In this document: positions 51,872 to 60,738 of the stretch, piece by piece
Numbering within the stretch: the stretch's first letter is position 1
Layout: every line of letters begins with the position of its first letter
From: a candidate division FCPU426 bacterium
GTDB taxonomy: Bacteria; Oederibacteriota; Muellerivitia; Muellerivitales; Muellerivitaceae
Length of the DNA stretch: 64,000 nt
NCBI GenBank assembly: GCA_963738405.1
Contig: CAVTWJ010000012.1
Coordinates: 1 to 64,000, forward strand
Direction of reading: 5' to 3'
Made by a program: the position numbers and the translations under genes
Notes under the pieces: generated by a model
Databases searched by the model: none
What the model saw: the letters and a program-made list of their open reading frames with translations, nothing else
What the model was told of the DNA's origin: nothing

Positions 51872-52465
51872 TCACTTCAGTCTTTCCTCCAACAATTTGA
51901 TCATTTCGGCTTTCTTCTTATCCCCGCCCATACTTCCATAGGCGCCCCAGCTGGTCCAATGGACCAGATCGATTTGAAACTTGGTTATTTCCGAAAGGTC
52001 AGCGCCCTTCGCGCTCAGTTCCCTGGCCTTTTTCCGCCACTCTCGGCCCGCTTCCAAATAGACGGCCATACCTCCGTCTCCGTGGGGCAAATGGGCCAAC
52101 AGCCGTACCGCCACAGCCTCTATTTCCAGGTTGGGGCCTACCACCTTTTTGAATGACTCCCGCAGAGTGTCCCGGGCATATTCCAAAAGCCCCAGTTTTG
52201 TGTCTTCTTCGTTTATTTCAGGGTCGCTATAGGAAAAACCGAACCTTTTATAGCTGCGAAAAAGGGCCAAGTTCCATCCCAAAATAAAGGTCGCTTCCGC
52301 GACCAGCAGTTCCTTGGTTTGTTCGAGGTTGAGGAGATGACAAGGTACATCGAAGAATTTTTCCAGCAGTTCGTGGCCGCAAATGAGGCAAAAAATCCAA
52401 CGCTTACTTTCACTGGGGGGTGGAAGGGTCTTGGGTTCAAGACAGAAGTGGCAGAGGCCTTCCAT
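51872..52465 (-). CDS. Hypothetical protein with an N-terminal CxxC pair
   Basis: 197-aa ORF; no family recognised. Confidence 0.6.
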   Translation of the reverse strand: MEGLCHFCLEPKTLPPPSESKRWIFCLICGHELLEKFFDVPCHLLNLEQTKELLVAEATFILGWNLALFRSYKRFGFSYSDPEINEEDTKLGLLEYARDTLRESFKKVVGPNLEIEAVAVRLLAHLPHGDGGMAVYLEAGREWRKKARELSAKGADLSEITKFQIDLVHWTSWGAYGSMGGDKKKAEMIKLLEERLK

Positions 52466-52853
52466 TTAGACGAACCCTATGAATTTTTTAGTTCGAAATT
52501 GAATGGGATCACCCATTTGGTTTTAAAAGGTGATCCCATTATCGTTGGCTCGATGGACAAAACAATCGAGAATTTATTCAGCCCAGCCTTTAAACAGGAG
52601 CGATCGCCGCCGCCGCTTCCCGCACGGCGGGCAAGGGGATGGTATCGGAATCCTGCCAAACCTCATAGCCGTAAACATCCGTAAGAACCACATAACCGGT
52701 AAAATCACCGCTGTTGGCTTTAAAGAGCTCCGAGGCAATTTTACCTACTTTCGCGGTCTTTAAATTGCCCACTCTAAAGTCCAAAGCGAATTGTCTCATG
52801 TTGCCTGCTTTCACCTGGGTCGAGGCTACAAGCCGAGACCCATGGTTTGGTAA

Positions 52854-52878
52854 TGCCGGTTCCTTAGGGGAACCGGCA
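52854..52878 (-). terminator. GC-rich hairpin after the radical SAM gene
   Basis: TGCCGGTTCC-TTAGG-GGAACCGGCA. Confidence 0.6.
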
Positions 52879-52896
52879 CGATAAGAGATGAATAGG

Positions 52897-54546
52897 TTAT
52901 CCTGCCATCGCCGGCACAGCTGCCGCCGGCTTTAAGATGGTTTCGATTCTTCTTGGGAAGGCGCACACCATCCGCGGGTCGCCGTCCCTTTCCAGCTTCT
53001 TCACATCCGCGTCCAGCCTTTGTAAAATCACATCTCGGAAATTCTGGAAATGAAGGTAAAGGGCCATCAGCGAAAGCGCGTCCCTGAAGGCTTTTGGATT
53101 CTTCAACAGGGTCGTTATCAGCACCCGCCAATAGTGATAGCCGGTGGAAGGCTTGGACATCATCTGGGCCGTCAGGCTTAAAAAGCCCTTCGCGTCTTTG
53201 AAAATGTTCAAAAGGCTGTAATGCTGGCGCCGTTTGGTGGTGCGCAGCATCAGCGAGCTTCGAAGCGCCCGGCTGAAATATTTTTCAGGCTTCAGAATTT
53301 CCATCACAATCTTTCCGTAGTCTTTCAAAATATCAAGCCGGGGGCGGGTGGTGGTAAAGTTCAAGCCGCTCACGCATTGGTCCCCCGTCGTGTCGGTGGG
53401 GGTCTCAAAATCCTCGTCCAAACGGCCTTCGGCCTTGAGGCGCCGTGTCAACTGGGTGTTGGGCACGGCCAACATCAGGCCCACCATATTGACGGCGATG
53501 TTGGTTTGCTCAATGTTTTCAAGAATTCTTTCGGCGATATCGGGCTTTTCCCCGTCAAAGCCCACAATGTAGCCCGCCATCACAATCATGCCGTGGCGGT
53601 TGATCTTGTGGATGCTCTCGGGGATCGACCGGTGGGTGTTCTGGTGCTTCTTCGCGGCCAATAGGGCGTCCTTGTCGGGCGTTTCAATGCCCGTGAAGAG
53701 CCAGGTAAAGCCCGCCTCTTCCATCAGATCCATCAGCTCGTCGTCATCGGAAAGGTTGAGCGAGGCTTCGGTGCTGAAATCGAAAGGAAAATCGCGCTGC
53801 TTCTGCCACTCGATCAGCTGCGGCAATAGTTCTTTCACGGCTTTCTTATTGCCGATGAAATTGTCGTCCACGATGCCTAACTGGCCGCGGTAGCCCAGTT
53901 CGTACACCTTTTGCAGTTCCTTTTCCAATTGGGCAAAGGTCTTGCCGCGGGGCTTGCGCCCGAAAAGCTCAATGATGTCGCAAAATTCGCACATGAAGGG
54001 GCATCCACGGTTCCACTGGATGCTCAGGTTCAGGTAGTTGGAATATTTCAATAGGTCAAACCGGGGCGTGGGCGATGTGTGCATGTCGGCCTTGCGTTCG
54101 CCGGGCTGGTAGCGGTGCTTGGCCTCCCCAGCCAGGTAATCCTGTAAAAATTCGGGCAGGGTCACTTCGGCCTCGCCCAAGATTTGGTGGCTGGCGTGAT
54201 CATAAAGGTGGGGGCTGGATGTGGCGTCGGGCCCGCCGATGATGACGGTCTTGCCCCGGTCGCGGAAATAGTCAATCAGGCGCAGGTGCTCGCTTTGCTG
54301 AAAAATCTGCCCGCCGATGAAAACCAGGTCGGCCCAATCCACGTCCTTGGGGTTCATGGGTTCGACGTTCAGATCGTTTAAACGAACGTCCCAGCCGTCA
54401 GGCAGCATGGCCGCCACGGTAATGAGGCCTAACGGCGCCTCAGGGTATTTGGCCCCGACCAGCTCGCAGGTTTCGCGGTAATTCCAGAAGGAATCGGAGG
54501 TAAAACGGGGATAAATAAATAAACAGTTTTTGACGGCTGTATCCAT
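52897..54546 (-). CDS. B12-binding radical SAM protein (DUF4070-type)
   Basis: PLGLITVAAMLP, GGP, GEAE, RGCPFMCEFCDI, DDNFIGN, GIETP. Confidence 0.93.
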   Translation of the reverse strand: MDTAVKNCLFIYPRFTSDSFWNYRETCELVGAKYPEAPLGLITVAAMLPDGWDVRLNDLNVEPMNPKDVDWADLVFIGGQIFQQSEHLRLIDYFRDRGKTVIIGGPDATSSPHLYDHASHQILGEAEVTLPEFLQDYLAGEAKHRYQPGERKADMHTSPTPRFDLLKYSNYLNLSIQWNRGCPFMCEFCDIIELFGRKPRGKTFAQLEKELQKVYELGYRGQLGIVDDNFIGNKKAVKELLPQLIEWQKQRDFPFDFSTEASLNLSDDDELMDLMEEAGFTWLFTGIETPDKDALLAAKKHQNTHRSIPESIHKINRHGMIVMAGYIVGFDGEKPDIAERILENIEQTNIAVNMVGLMLAVPNTQLTRRLKAEGRLDEDFETPTDTTGDQCVSGLNFTTTRPRLDILKDYGKIVMEILKPEKYFSRALRSSLMLRTTKRRQHYSLLNIFKDAKGFLSLTAQMMSKPSTGYHYWRVLITTLLKNPKAFRDALSLMALYLHFQNFRDVILQRLDADVKKLERDGDPRMVCAFPRRIETILKPAAAVPAMAG

Positions 54547-54793
54547 GGCCGATCCTTTTTTTGAAGTGGGCTGGAGGGACGAGTGGGATCGGGCAGGTTC
54601 TAAAAGGCTGGATCAGTACTCTTCAACCGACTGAGGTGAGCTACTTAAGTTCATCATAGGAGGGTTCAGGATAAGAAGGTGATTAATCGGAGGTTTTCAG
54701 GGTAAACGTGACAGGCGCATGAAATAAAGAATGACCTTTACCACTAAAACACACACGCCTACCTAAAGGTTTGTTTGAAGGGGTTCCGAGCGA

Positions 54794-55081
54794 TCAATCC
54801 AATTTCAATAATCTTTCGCTTCGCCATACGCGAATAATCCAAATGTTTTTGGGATCGACCTTATAAACGAGCCGGTAAGGCGGCACGATCACTTCCCTTA
54901 AAAAGGGGACCCCGAATTCAGGGACAATTCTTCCCGACTCGGGGTATTTCGCGAGCCTTTCCGATTTACGGAGGATTTCCGCGATTAAGCGAAGGCCCGT
55001 TTCTCTTAAATTTTGTTCTTCGTAATAACGGAGAGAATTTTCCAAATCCTTGAGTGCGGATTCGGTGAGTTGAACTTTCAA
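54794..55081 (-). CDS. RelE/ParE-family toxin
   Basis: SALKDL, YPESGRIVPE, YRLVY; downstream of the antitoxin. Confidence 0.9.
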   Translation of the reverse strand: MKVQLTESALKDLENSLRYYEEQNLRETGLRLIAEILRKSERLAKYPESGRIVPEFGVPFLREVIVPPYRLVYKVDPKNIWIIRVWRSERLLKLD

Positions 55082-55084
55082 GGC

Positions 55085-55354
55085 TTATTTCAAACCGAAT
55101 TTCACCCGGGCTTCCGCCACACTCAAGGTCTTGCCCTTTTCAACGTCCTTGAGGCCTTCCACCACAGCCTTCATGAAGGCCCTTTCTTCGGCTTGTGTCT
55201 CATAATCGGCGAGGGATTGAACAATCGCGACGCCTTTCCCGCGGCTCGTCAGCAGAACAGGACGGTGGGCTTCCGTAACCTGCTGAATCACCTTGGCGGG
55301 ATTAGCCTTCATGGTGGTCACGGGCACCACATCTTGTGAAAATTTAACGTTCAC
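55085..55354 (-). CDS. Phd/YefM-family antitoxin
   Basis: PVLLTSRGKGVAIV; upstream of the toxin. Confidence 0.9.
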   Translation of the reverse strand: MNVKFSQDVVPVTTMKANPAKVIQQVTEAHRPVLLTSRGKGVAIVQSLADYETQAEERAFMKAVVEGLKDVEKGKTLSVAEARVKFGLK

Positions 55355-55380
55355 GGGAATCTCCTGGATAGTGTATTCCT

Positions 55381-55400
55381 AAGACCACTTAACAGGTCTT
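55381..55400. promoter_or_regulatory. Probable toxin-antitoxin autoregulatory operator
   Basis: AAGACC-N8-GGTCTT just upstream of the antitoxin. Confidence 0.55.
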
Positions 55401-55482
55401 AACACGGGTCTCTTAACAGCACCTATTCTAGGTCCGCTCGGGTTGAATTCAAGAGACAATTGAAATGGGTATTGGGGCAAAT

Positions 55483-55518
55483 AAAAAAGCCTCGGGGCGA
55501 ATGCCTCGAGGCTTTTTT
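55483..55518. terminator. Bidirectional intrinsic terminator
   Basis: AAAAAAGCCTCGGGGC-GAAT-GCCTCGAGGCTTTTTT. Confidence 0.85.
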
Positions 55519-55537
55519 TCGGATAGAAGAAAAAGAA

Positions 55538-56131
55538 TTATGGGCAGGTCGTGGCGTAAACATTCAGGGTGCGGGCATAGCTTGTTCCCCCCGACGGAAA
55601 GGTATCCGGGAAAACCCCGTAACCGCCGCTGGAGGTAAGAAAGAAGGATGTTCCCCCGGTGTTGCTATTGTACCCGCCGCCGGCGTTGGAAAACTCGAAA
55701 CAAATAAAATAGACCCCCGCCGGTAAAAGAATATCGGGCACGCTAGCGGTGGTCCAGGCGAGGTTTTGGGTCAAATCCAGAGGAAGGGTCTGGTAGATAA
55801 GGTTCGTCGGGTAATTACCGCTGGCGTTGTAGAGGGCCATAATGATCTGGTCGGTCGTGCCCGACCCATAGGGCCCCTCGCCGTAGAAGGAGAGGTTGGT
55901 GATGGTTTCGGTGGCCGCGAAGGTCACGGCCTGGGAGTAAAAATAGTTGATCGCCCCGCCCGCGTTAGTGTTTCCAATGGCGCTCAGGCCTTGGGAGCTG
56001 GGGTTGGAACAAAGCCCCGAGGGGCCGCTGGGTGAATTACTGCTGGGGGAGGAAGAACTGCCGCAACCGTTGATCGTGATCCACGCGATACCGATACAGA
56101 ATAACCCTGCCAAAATCACTGGCTTTTTCAT
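55538..56131 (-). CDS. Lipoprotein with a Ser-rich linker and beta-rich domain
   Basis: MKK...INGC lipobox, SSSSPSS linker. Confidence 0.75.
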   Translation of the reverse strand: MKKPVILAGLFCIGIAWITINGCGSSSSPSSNSPSGPSGLCSNPSSQGLSAIGNTNAGGAINYFYSQAVTFAATETITNLSFYGEGPYGSGTTDQIIMALYNASGNYPTNLIYQTLPLDLTQNLAWTTASVPDILLPAGVYFICFEFSNAGGGYNSNTGGTSFFLTSSGGYGVFPDTFPSGGTSYARTLNVYATTCP

Positions 56132-56296
56132 AGAACGCTCCCCCGAGTTGTTAAAGGCGGGGCAAATTTAAGGGAATCCCATGTCAATGTCAATCAACCC
56201 ATTTTCGAGGGGTTATTTTGGCTTTTACCCTCCAAACCTTCTGACCCATCACTCCTCTCGTGGGTTCAGCCTTAATCAGCAACTTGTCCTCACCTC

Positions 56297-56731
56297 TCAG
56301 CACCAAAGATGATGGCGAATTCTAATAAGACGAAGGAGCATTTCATCCTCGAGGGCGTTATTTCTATCTTCCAGTTTCCGATGATAGGCGTTGGCCTTCT
56401 TATCTTCGTGCAGCACGACATGCAACGAAGACCTTCCATCCGGGTTGGGAACCCAAGTGTCCTTATAAGTCTTGGCCCATTTTTTTAAGGCTTTTTGTTC
56501 TTCCCTTTGCAGCCGGGGCCGCTCCACCTTCCAATATTGATAGAGGGCCTGAAGCTCTTTCCATTGTTTCCGATGGGATGTGTCATAATCGTAATCCACG
56601 ATCTTCTGTGGGTTTTCTTTTTCTATAAAATCCACCAGCAGTTGAAAACAGGCGTAAAGCATCACCCGGTCCTTGTCGCACCACTCGCTCCTCTTCTTTA
56701 ACGCTGTAATTCTAAGAACATTACCTTTCAT
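56297..56731 (-). CDS. Hypothetical protein
   Basis: WCDKD..MLYACFQLLVDFIEKE...MLLRLIRIR..LW; start overlaps the upstream stop codon. Confidence 0.7.
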   Translation of the reverse strand: MKGNVLRITALKKRSEWCDKDRVMLYACFQLLVDFIEKENPQKIVDYDYDTSHRKQWKELQALYQYWKVERPRLQREEQKALKKWAKTYKDTWVPNPDGRSSLHVVLHEDKKANAYHRKLEDRNNALEDEMLLRLIRIRHHLWC

Positions 56732-57627
56732 CGTGATCGCCTTTTGAGTTTTTTTCGCTCGGAACCTTTATCGGGTATCGTCGGGCCCTCGATCTTTTTC
56801 AGGTCCCCTTTGGGCGGCAAGAAATTCTCGCCTGTCACAACCTTTCGTCCGGTCTTACTTTCAAGTTCCAAACGCGCACCCCGGGCAATTCCGCCCCCCT
56901 TTTGTCCGGCCGCCTTGTTCGGCTCCAAGCCAACCGCGCTTTCGGTTTCCGCGATTTGACGGGTGGAAAGCTCGGCCAGGGCCGTGAAGATCAACTCCGC
57001 CTCCGTCATGTGGTCGCGAAGGTTCTGGGTTTTGAGGCCCTTCAACTTCTTGTGGCCTTTCACCGAAACGTCGGCCCATTCCCGGTGGATCAGGTCCGTC
57101 AATAACGCGTATTCGGCGTCGCCCTTAATCTCATGGTCTTTCCAGTAATCCGTCAGCTTATTGCGGGTTTCCTGACCCATCATCCGCTGTTGTACCCACT
57201 TCTCGCTTCGGCCCTGCCGCTTCCAGTATTCCCTTGCCCGGTCCAGGGATAGGGCGGGGTCCGCCATATCCTTCAGGCGTTCATGGCCCACCTTGGCCAG
57301 CCAAAGCTTCAAGGGCTCGGCCTTGGGGCTGGGGACGGATTGGACCAGCCTTAATAGCGTTTCGGAGTTCGCCACATCCGTCAGGTATTCTTTTCCGTCC
57401 GGAGCTGCCAATTTCAGGGCGTTACAGTTTGTAACGACCTGGCTTCCTTCCTTTTTCAGGCGATGCTTCAGGACCCTCCAATAAACACCGGCTTTTTGGA
57501 AAGAGGATTGTTGAGTCAAAGCGCCGACGACATCTACGACGGAGAAGAACCATTCTTGTTTCTTTTCGTCGAATACACGGCGTATCTTGAAATTCTCAAA
57601 GACCGTCACTGATTTTTCCAATTCCAT
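56728..57627 (-). CDS. BRO-N domain (phage antirepressor-like) protein
   Basis: IRRV..WFFSVVDVV, LVQSVPSPKAEP.K.WLA, NLRDHMT..EL; ATG at 57627 after GGGAG. Confidence 0.88.
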   Translation of the reverse strand: MELEKSVTVFENFKIRRVFDEKKQEWFFSVVDVVGALTQQSSFQKAGVYWRVLKHRLKKEGSQVVTNCNALKLAAPDGKEYLTDVANSETLLRLVQSVPSPKAEPLKLWLAKVGHERLKDMADPALSLDRAREYWKRQGRSEKWVQQRMMGQETRNKLTDYWKDHEIKGDAEYALLTDLIHREWADVSVKGHKKLKGLKTQNLRDHMTEAELIFTALAELSTRQIAETESAVGLEPNKAAGQKGGGIARGARLELESKTGRKVVTGENFLPPKGDLKKIEGPTIPDKGSERKKLKRRSR

Positions 57628-57847
57628 ACCAATCTCCCAGTTTTTTTGCCCATTTGTTGACGTCAACGATATGTTTTTCAGAGTCTCCGCCAAAAAGAAT
57701 ACGGGTGTATACTATTCAAAAAACAGGCCGGAGACAAGATGAATTTGGGGAGGGTTTCGGCTAGTTGTGAAATGGAGGGGCCAATTCATTGAAACTTTCC
57801 CGGCGCCGGCCCCGTATATTCCCTCGAACGCAAATCCAGGAGAATCC

Positions 57848-58588
57848 ATGAAATTACCTTCCCTCCTCGCCCTATTCGCCCTCTTCCCTTTCCAGGGCGC
57901 GTGGGCGGAGGATGTTTCCATCCAGGGGGATGTACCCATCCAAAGGGATGCCCCTATCCTGGTGGAACTCTTCACTTCCCAGGGTTGCTCCAGCTGTCCC
58001 CCTGCCGAAAACTGGCTCAACACCCGGGGCATGGAACTTTTTAAGCAGGGCAAAATTATCCCCCTGGCCTTTCATGTAGATTATTGGGATTACCTGGGTT
58101 GGAAGGACCCCTTCTCTTCCAGGCTCTTCACGGACCGCCAGCGTTTCTATTCTTCCGCCTGGGGTGAAAATTCCATCTATACCCCCCAGATGGTCGTAGC
58201 GGGCCGGGTGGGGTTCGTGGGAAGCGACGGGGAGAGGGCCATCCAGGCCTTGTCGGACCCCGCCAACCAGACTGCCGGAAGGATCAGCTTGGCCCGCCTT
58301 AAGGGTATGCTGAAGATCACCCTGCCTCGGCCCCTCAACCCAAATGAAAAACTTTATATGGCGGTAATTGGGAATCAACAGGTGACAAATGTTTTAAGGG
58401 GCGAAAACGCCGGGAAGACCTTGGAGGAAAACTTCGTGGTCACCCATCTTCAGGAACTCCATTCCACTCAGGTCAACGAATTGAGTGTGCCGGTTCCTAC
58501 AGGAAACGGCATAGAGGGCATGGCCGTTTTCACGCAGGATGAAATGAATATGCAAATCACCGCCGTGGGGTGGATGGGTTTGAAATGA
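57848..58588 (+). CDS. DUF1223 thioredoxin-like secreted protein
   Basis: VELFTSQGCSSCPPA, FHVDYWDYLGWKDPF, YTPQ, RGENAG. Confidence 0.92.
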   Translation: MKLPSLLALFALFPFQGAWAEDVSIQGDVPIQRDAPILVELFTSQGCSSCPPAENWLNTRGMELFKQGKIIPLAFHVDYWDYLGWKDPFSSRLFTDRQRFYSSAWGENSIYTPQMVVAGRVGFVGSDGERAIQALSDPANQTAGRISLARLKGMLKITLPRPLNPNEKLYMAVIGNQQVTNVLRGENAGKTLEENFVVTHLQELHSTQVNELSVPVPTGNGIEGMAVFTQDEMNMQITAVGWMGLK

Positions 58589-58676
58589 GAACATCGAAAC
58601 GGGAATGAGACGCCTGCTGCGAGACAACGGGTCGAGCAGCAAGACTTGGCAGTCCCAATTCCTAGCGGGAATTGGG

Positions 58677-58709
58677 AAAAAAGGCCCCCTTTTCTTAAAA
58701 GAGGGCCTT
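58677..58709 (-). terminator. Intrinsic terminator for the SDR gene
   Basis: A-run followed by the hairpin AAGGCCCCCTTTT-CTT-AAAAGAGGGCCTT. Confidence 0.7.
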
Positions 58710-58727
58710 AAACACGAAAAAGTGTTT

Positions 58728-59462
58728 TTAGACCTGGGCCATTCCCCCGTCCACGAACAATTCGGCGCCCGTGACGAAACTGGAATCATCCGAGGCCAAA
58801 TAAACCGCGGCCTTGGCGATCTCATCCGGCTCGCCCATGCGCCCCAGGGGAACCTGGGAAACGATCTGGTCGATCATGGCCTGCGGGGCCCCGGCCAGGA
58901 TAGGGGTTTTAATGGGCCCCGGGCTGATCACGTTCACCCGGATCTTGCGGCCCTTCAGGTCGGTCGTCAGGCTTCGGGCGAAGGACCGCAGGGCGGCCTT
59001 GGTGGCGTTGTAAACGCTGAAATTGGCCAGGCCCATGCTTCCGGCCACCGACCCGGTCATGATGATCGATCCCCCGTTTTTAAAAAGAGGCAAAGCCTTT
59101 TGAATGGAAAAAAGCACGCCCTTCACGTTGGTCGCGAAGGTCTTGTCGTAATGGTCCTCGGTCAGCTGGTCGATATGCACCCACTCGCCCCCGCCCGCGT
59201 TGGCGAAAAGAATGTCCAGATGCCCTTTTTTCTCCTTCACGGTCGTAAAAAGGGCGTCCAGGTCTTTCATATTGGAAACATCCCCGCGGAAAGCCTTTGC
59301 CTCCGGCCCCAATTCCTTCACGGCCTCATCCAGTTCCTTCTGCCGGCGGCCCGTGATAATCACATGGGCCCCTTCCTCAACAAACCGCTTGGCCGTGGCA
59401 AAACCGATCCCCGTGGACCCGCCCGTAATCACCGCTACTTTCCCTTCCAGTTTCTTGCTCAT
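58728..59462 (-). CDS. Short-chain dehydrogenase/reductase
   Basis: TGGSTGIG, NAG, YNATK, SPGP. Confidence 0.95.
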   Translation of the reverse strand: MSKKLEGKVAVITGGSTGIGFATAKRFVEEGAHVIITGRRQKELDEAVKELGPEAKAFRGDVSNMKDLDALFTTVKEKKGHLDILFANAGGGEWVHIDQLTEDHYDKTFATNVKGVLFSIQKALPLFKNGGSIIMTGSVAGSMGLANFSVYNATKAALRSFARSLTTDLKGRKIRVNVISPGPIKTPILAGAPQAMIDQIVSQVPLGRMGEPDEIAKAAVYLASDDSSFVTGAELFVDGGMAQV

Positions 59463-59515
59463 GCCGCTCCCCTTTTAACTGTAATTTTGTTTGTAACAAT
59501 ACCCCGCAAAAAAAA

Positions 59516-59935
59516 TCACCGGCCCACCGCGTCGGCGATCACTTCCGAAAGCCTCACCTTCCCCAAACTTTCCTCCATCGTCTTCTGCGTTCGGCTTAAA
59601 ACCCTCTCCAGGCTCGACTTGATCCCGCAGCTTACCGGGCAGAAGCTTTGCGTGGGATAGGTGTGGATGGCGAAAGCCTTCGGGGCCTCGACCGCCCGGT
59701 AGATATCAAGCAAGGTCACCTGCTCCGCTTTTCGGCTTATGGAACATTTCCCCAGCTTGCCGGTCGTGGTGCTCACCAGCCCCGCCTTGGAAAGCTTGGC
59801 CATCGTTCGGCGGACAAAACTCGGCGAGGCATTGATGCTTTTGGAAAGGTCCGAAGAGGTGACGCCCTTTCCCCCGTGGTGCCCCAAACCCGCCATCAAA
59901 TGCACCGCGATGGAAAACTGGTTGTTGATCGCCAT
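59516..59935 (-). CDS. Rrf2-family regulator (YwnA/SaiR/HypR-like)
   Basis: FSIAVH, VTSSDL..SI..SPSFVRR, TLLDIYRAVE, CPV. Confidence 0.92.
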   Translation of the reverse strand: MAINNQFSIAVHLMAGLGHHGGKGVTSSDLSKSINASPSFVRRTMAKLSKAGLVSTTTGKLGKCSISRKAEQVTLLDIYRAVEAPKAFAIHTYPTQSFCPVSCGIKSSLERVLSRTQKTMEESLGKVRLSEVIADAVGR

Positions 59936-59936
59936 A

Positions 59937-59969
59937 CTGTTACTATATTTATCACAGTATGGAAGTCAA
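59937..59969 (-). promoter_or_regulatory. Sigma70 promoter with an overlapping Rrf2-type operator; second operator copy at 59479-59499
   Basis: On the - strand: TTGACT-N16-TATAGT-N6-ATG. Imperfect palindromes CTGTTACTATATTTATCACAG and CTGTAATTTTGTTTGTAACAA. Confidence 0.7.
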
Positions 59970-60086
59970 ATGAAATCATTCCGTCCCATGGTCATCACCA
60001 AAAGCCATATTCTCATGCCAGCCTATACCCATCTCTTACCTTCCCAGTAAGCGGCGGGAATTGGGATTTCTTCGGTTCCGATTTAA

Positions 60087-60116
60087 TTGCGTTGTAACTA
60101 CATTGTAGTTTATAAT
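60087..60116 (+). promoter_or_regulatory. brnTA promoter with an operator palindrome
   Basis: TTGCGT-N18-TATAAT; AACTACA-T-TGTAGTT (60096-60110) lies in the spacer. Confidence 0.7.
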
Positions 60117-60122
60117 CCAAAT

Positions 60123-60395
60123 ATGCTCATCATTTGGGATCCGCTAAAGGCGCTTGCCAATCATAAGAAGCATGGGGTCTCTTTTGAGGAAGCCCAATCC
60201 GTATTGGAATCAGAGGTTCAGCTGATTCTAGAGGATCGAGAACACGCGGAACCCCGATTCATCGCAATCGGAGTTTCTAAAAAACTGAACGTGCTGGTTG
60301 TGGTTTACGCCTACAGGGATGTCGACGTCATCCGCATCATCTCGGCCAGGAAAGCCACAAGGAAGGAACGGGAAAACTATGAAAAAAGAATATGA
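60123..60395 (+). CDS. BrnT-family toxin
   Basis: WDPLKALANHKKHGVSFEEA...RIISARKA. Confidence 0.92.
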   Translation: MLIIWDPLKALANHKKHGVSFEEAQSVLESEVQLILEDREHAEPRFIAIGVSKKLNVLVVVYAYRDVDVIRIISARKATRKERENYEKRI

Positions 60396-60636
60396 TTTTT
60401 CTAAAGCCAAGGTTCACCGGGGTTCCCTTTTGACCCCCAAAGGGTCCAAGATCCAGAAGACTTTTCGGCTCGATGAGTCTGTCTTCTTGTGGTTGATCGA
60501 AGAAGGGAAAAAGCAAGGCATTCCCTACCAAACCCTTATGAACTCAATCCTCAAGCGTTCCATGTCGGAAAACTCATCTTTGGAGGAACGGGTCCGTAAG
60601 ATTGAGTTGAAACTGGGATTGAAAAAAACCGGTTAA
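60379..60636 (+). CDS. BrnA-family antitoxin
   Basis: MKKEYDFS...FRLD...GIPYQTLMNSIL. Confidence 0.9.
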   Translation: MKKEYDFSKAKVHRGSLLTPKGSKIQKTFRLDESVFLWLIEEGKKQGIPYQTLMNSILKRSMSENSSLEERVRKIELKLGLKKTG

Positions 60637-60738
60637 CCTAACGTGTAATGTGTATGCCAGGCTCCTTGGTTTTACCTAATTCATTACCTAATTGATTAGG
60701 TAATACCCAATTGCAAAAGGAAATGGGGATCCGTTCCC

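Noticed and set aside
58605..59660. 351-aa + strand ORF
   Set aside because: Antisense shadow of the SDR and Rrf2 genes
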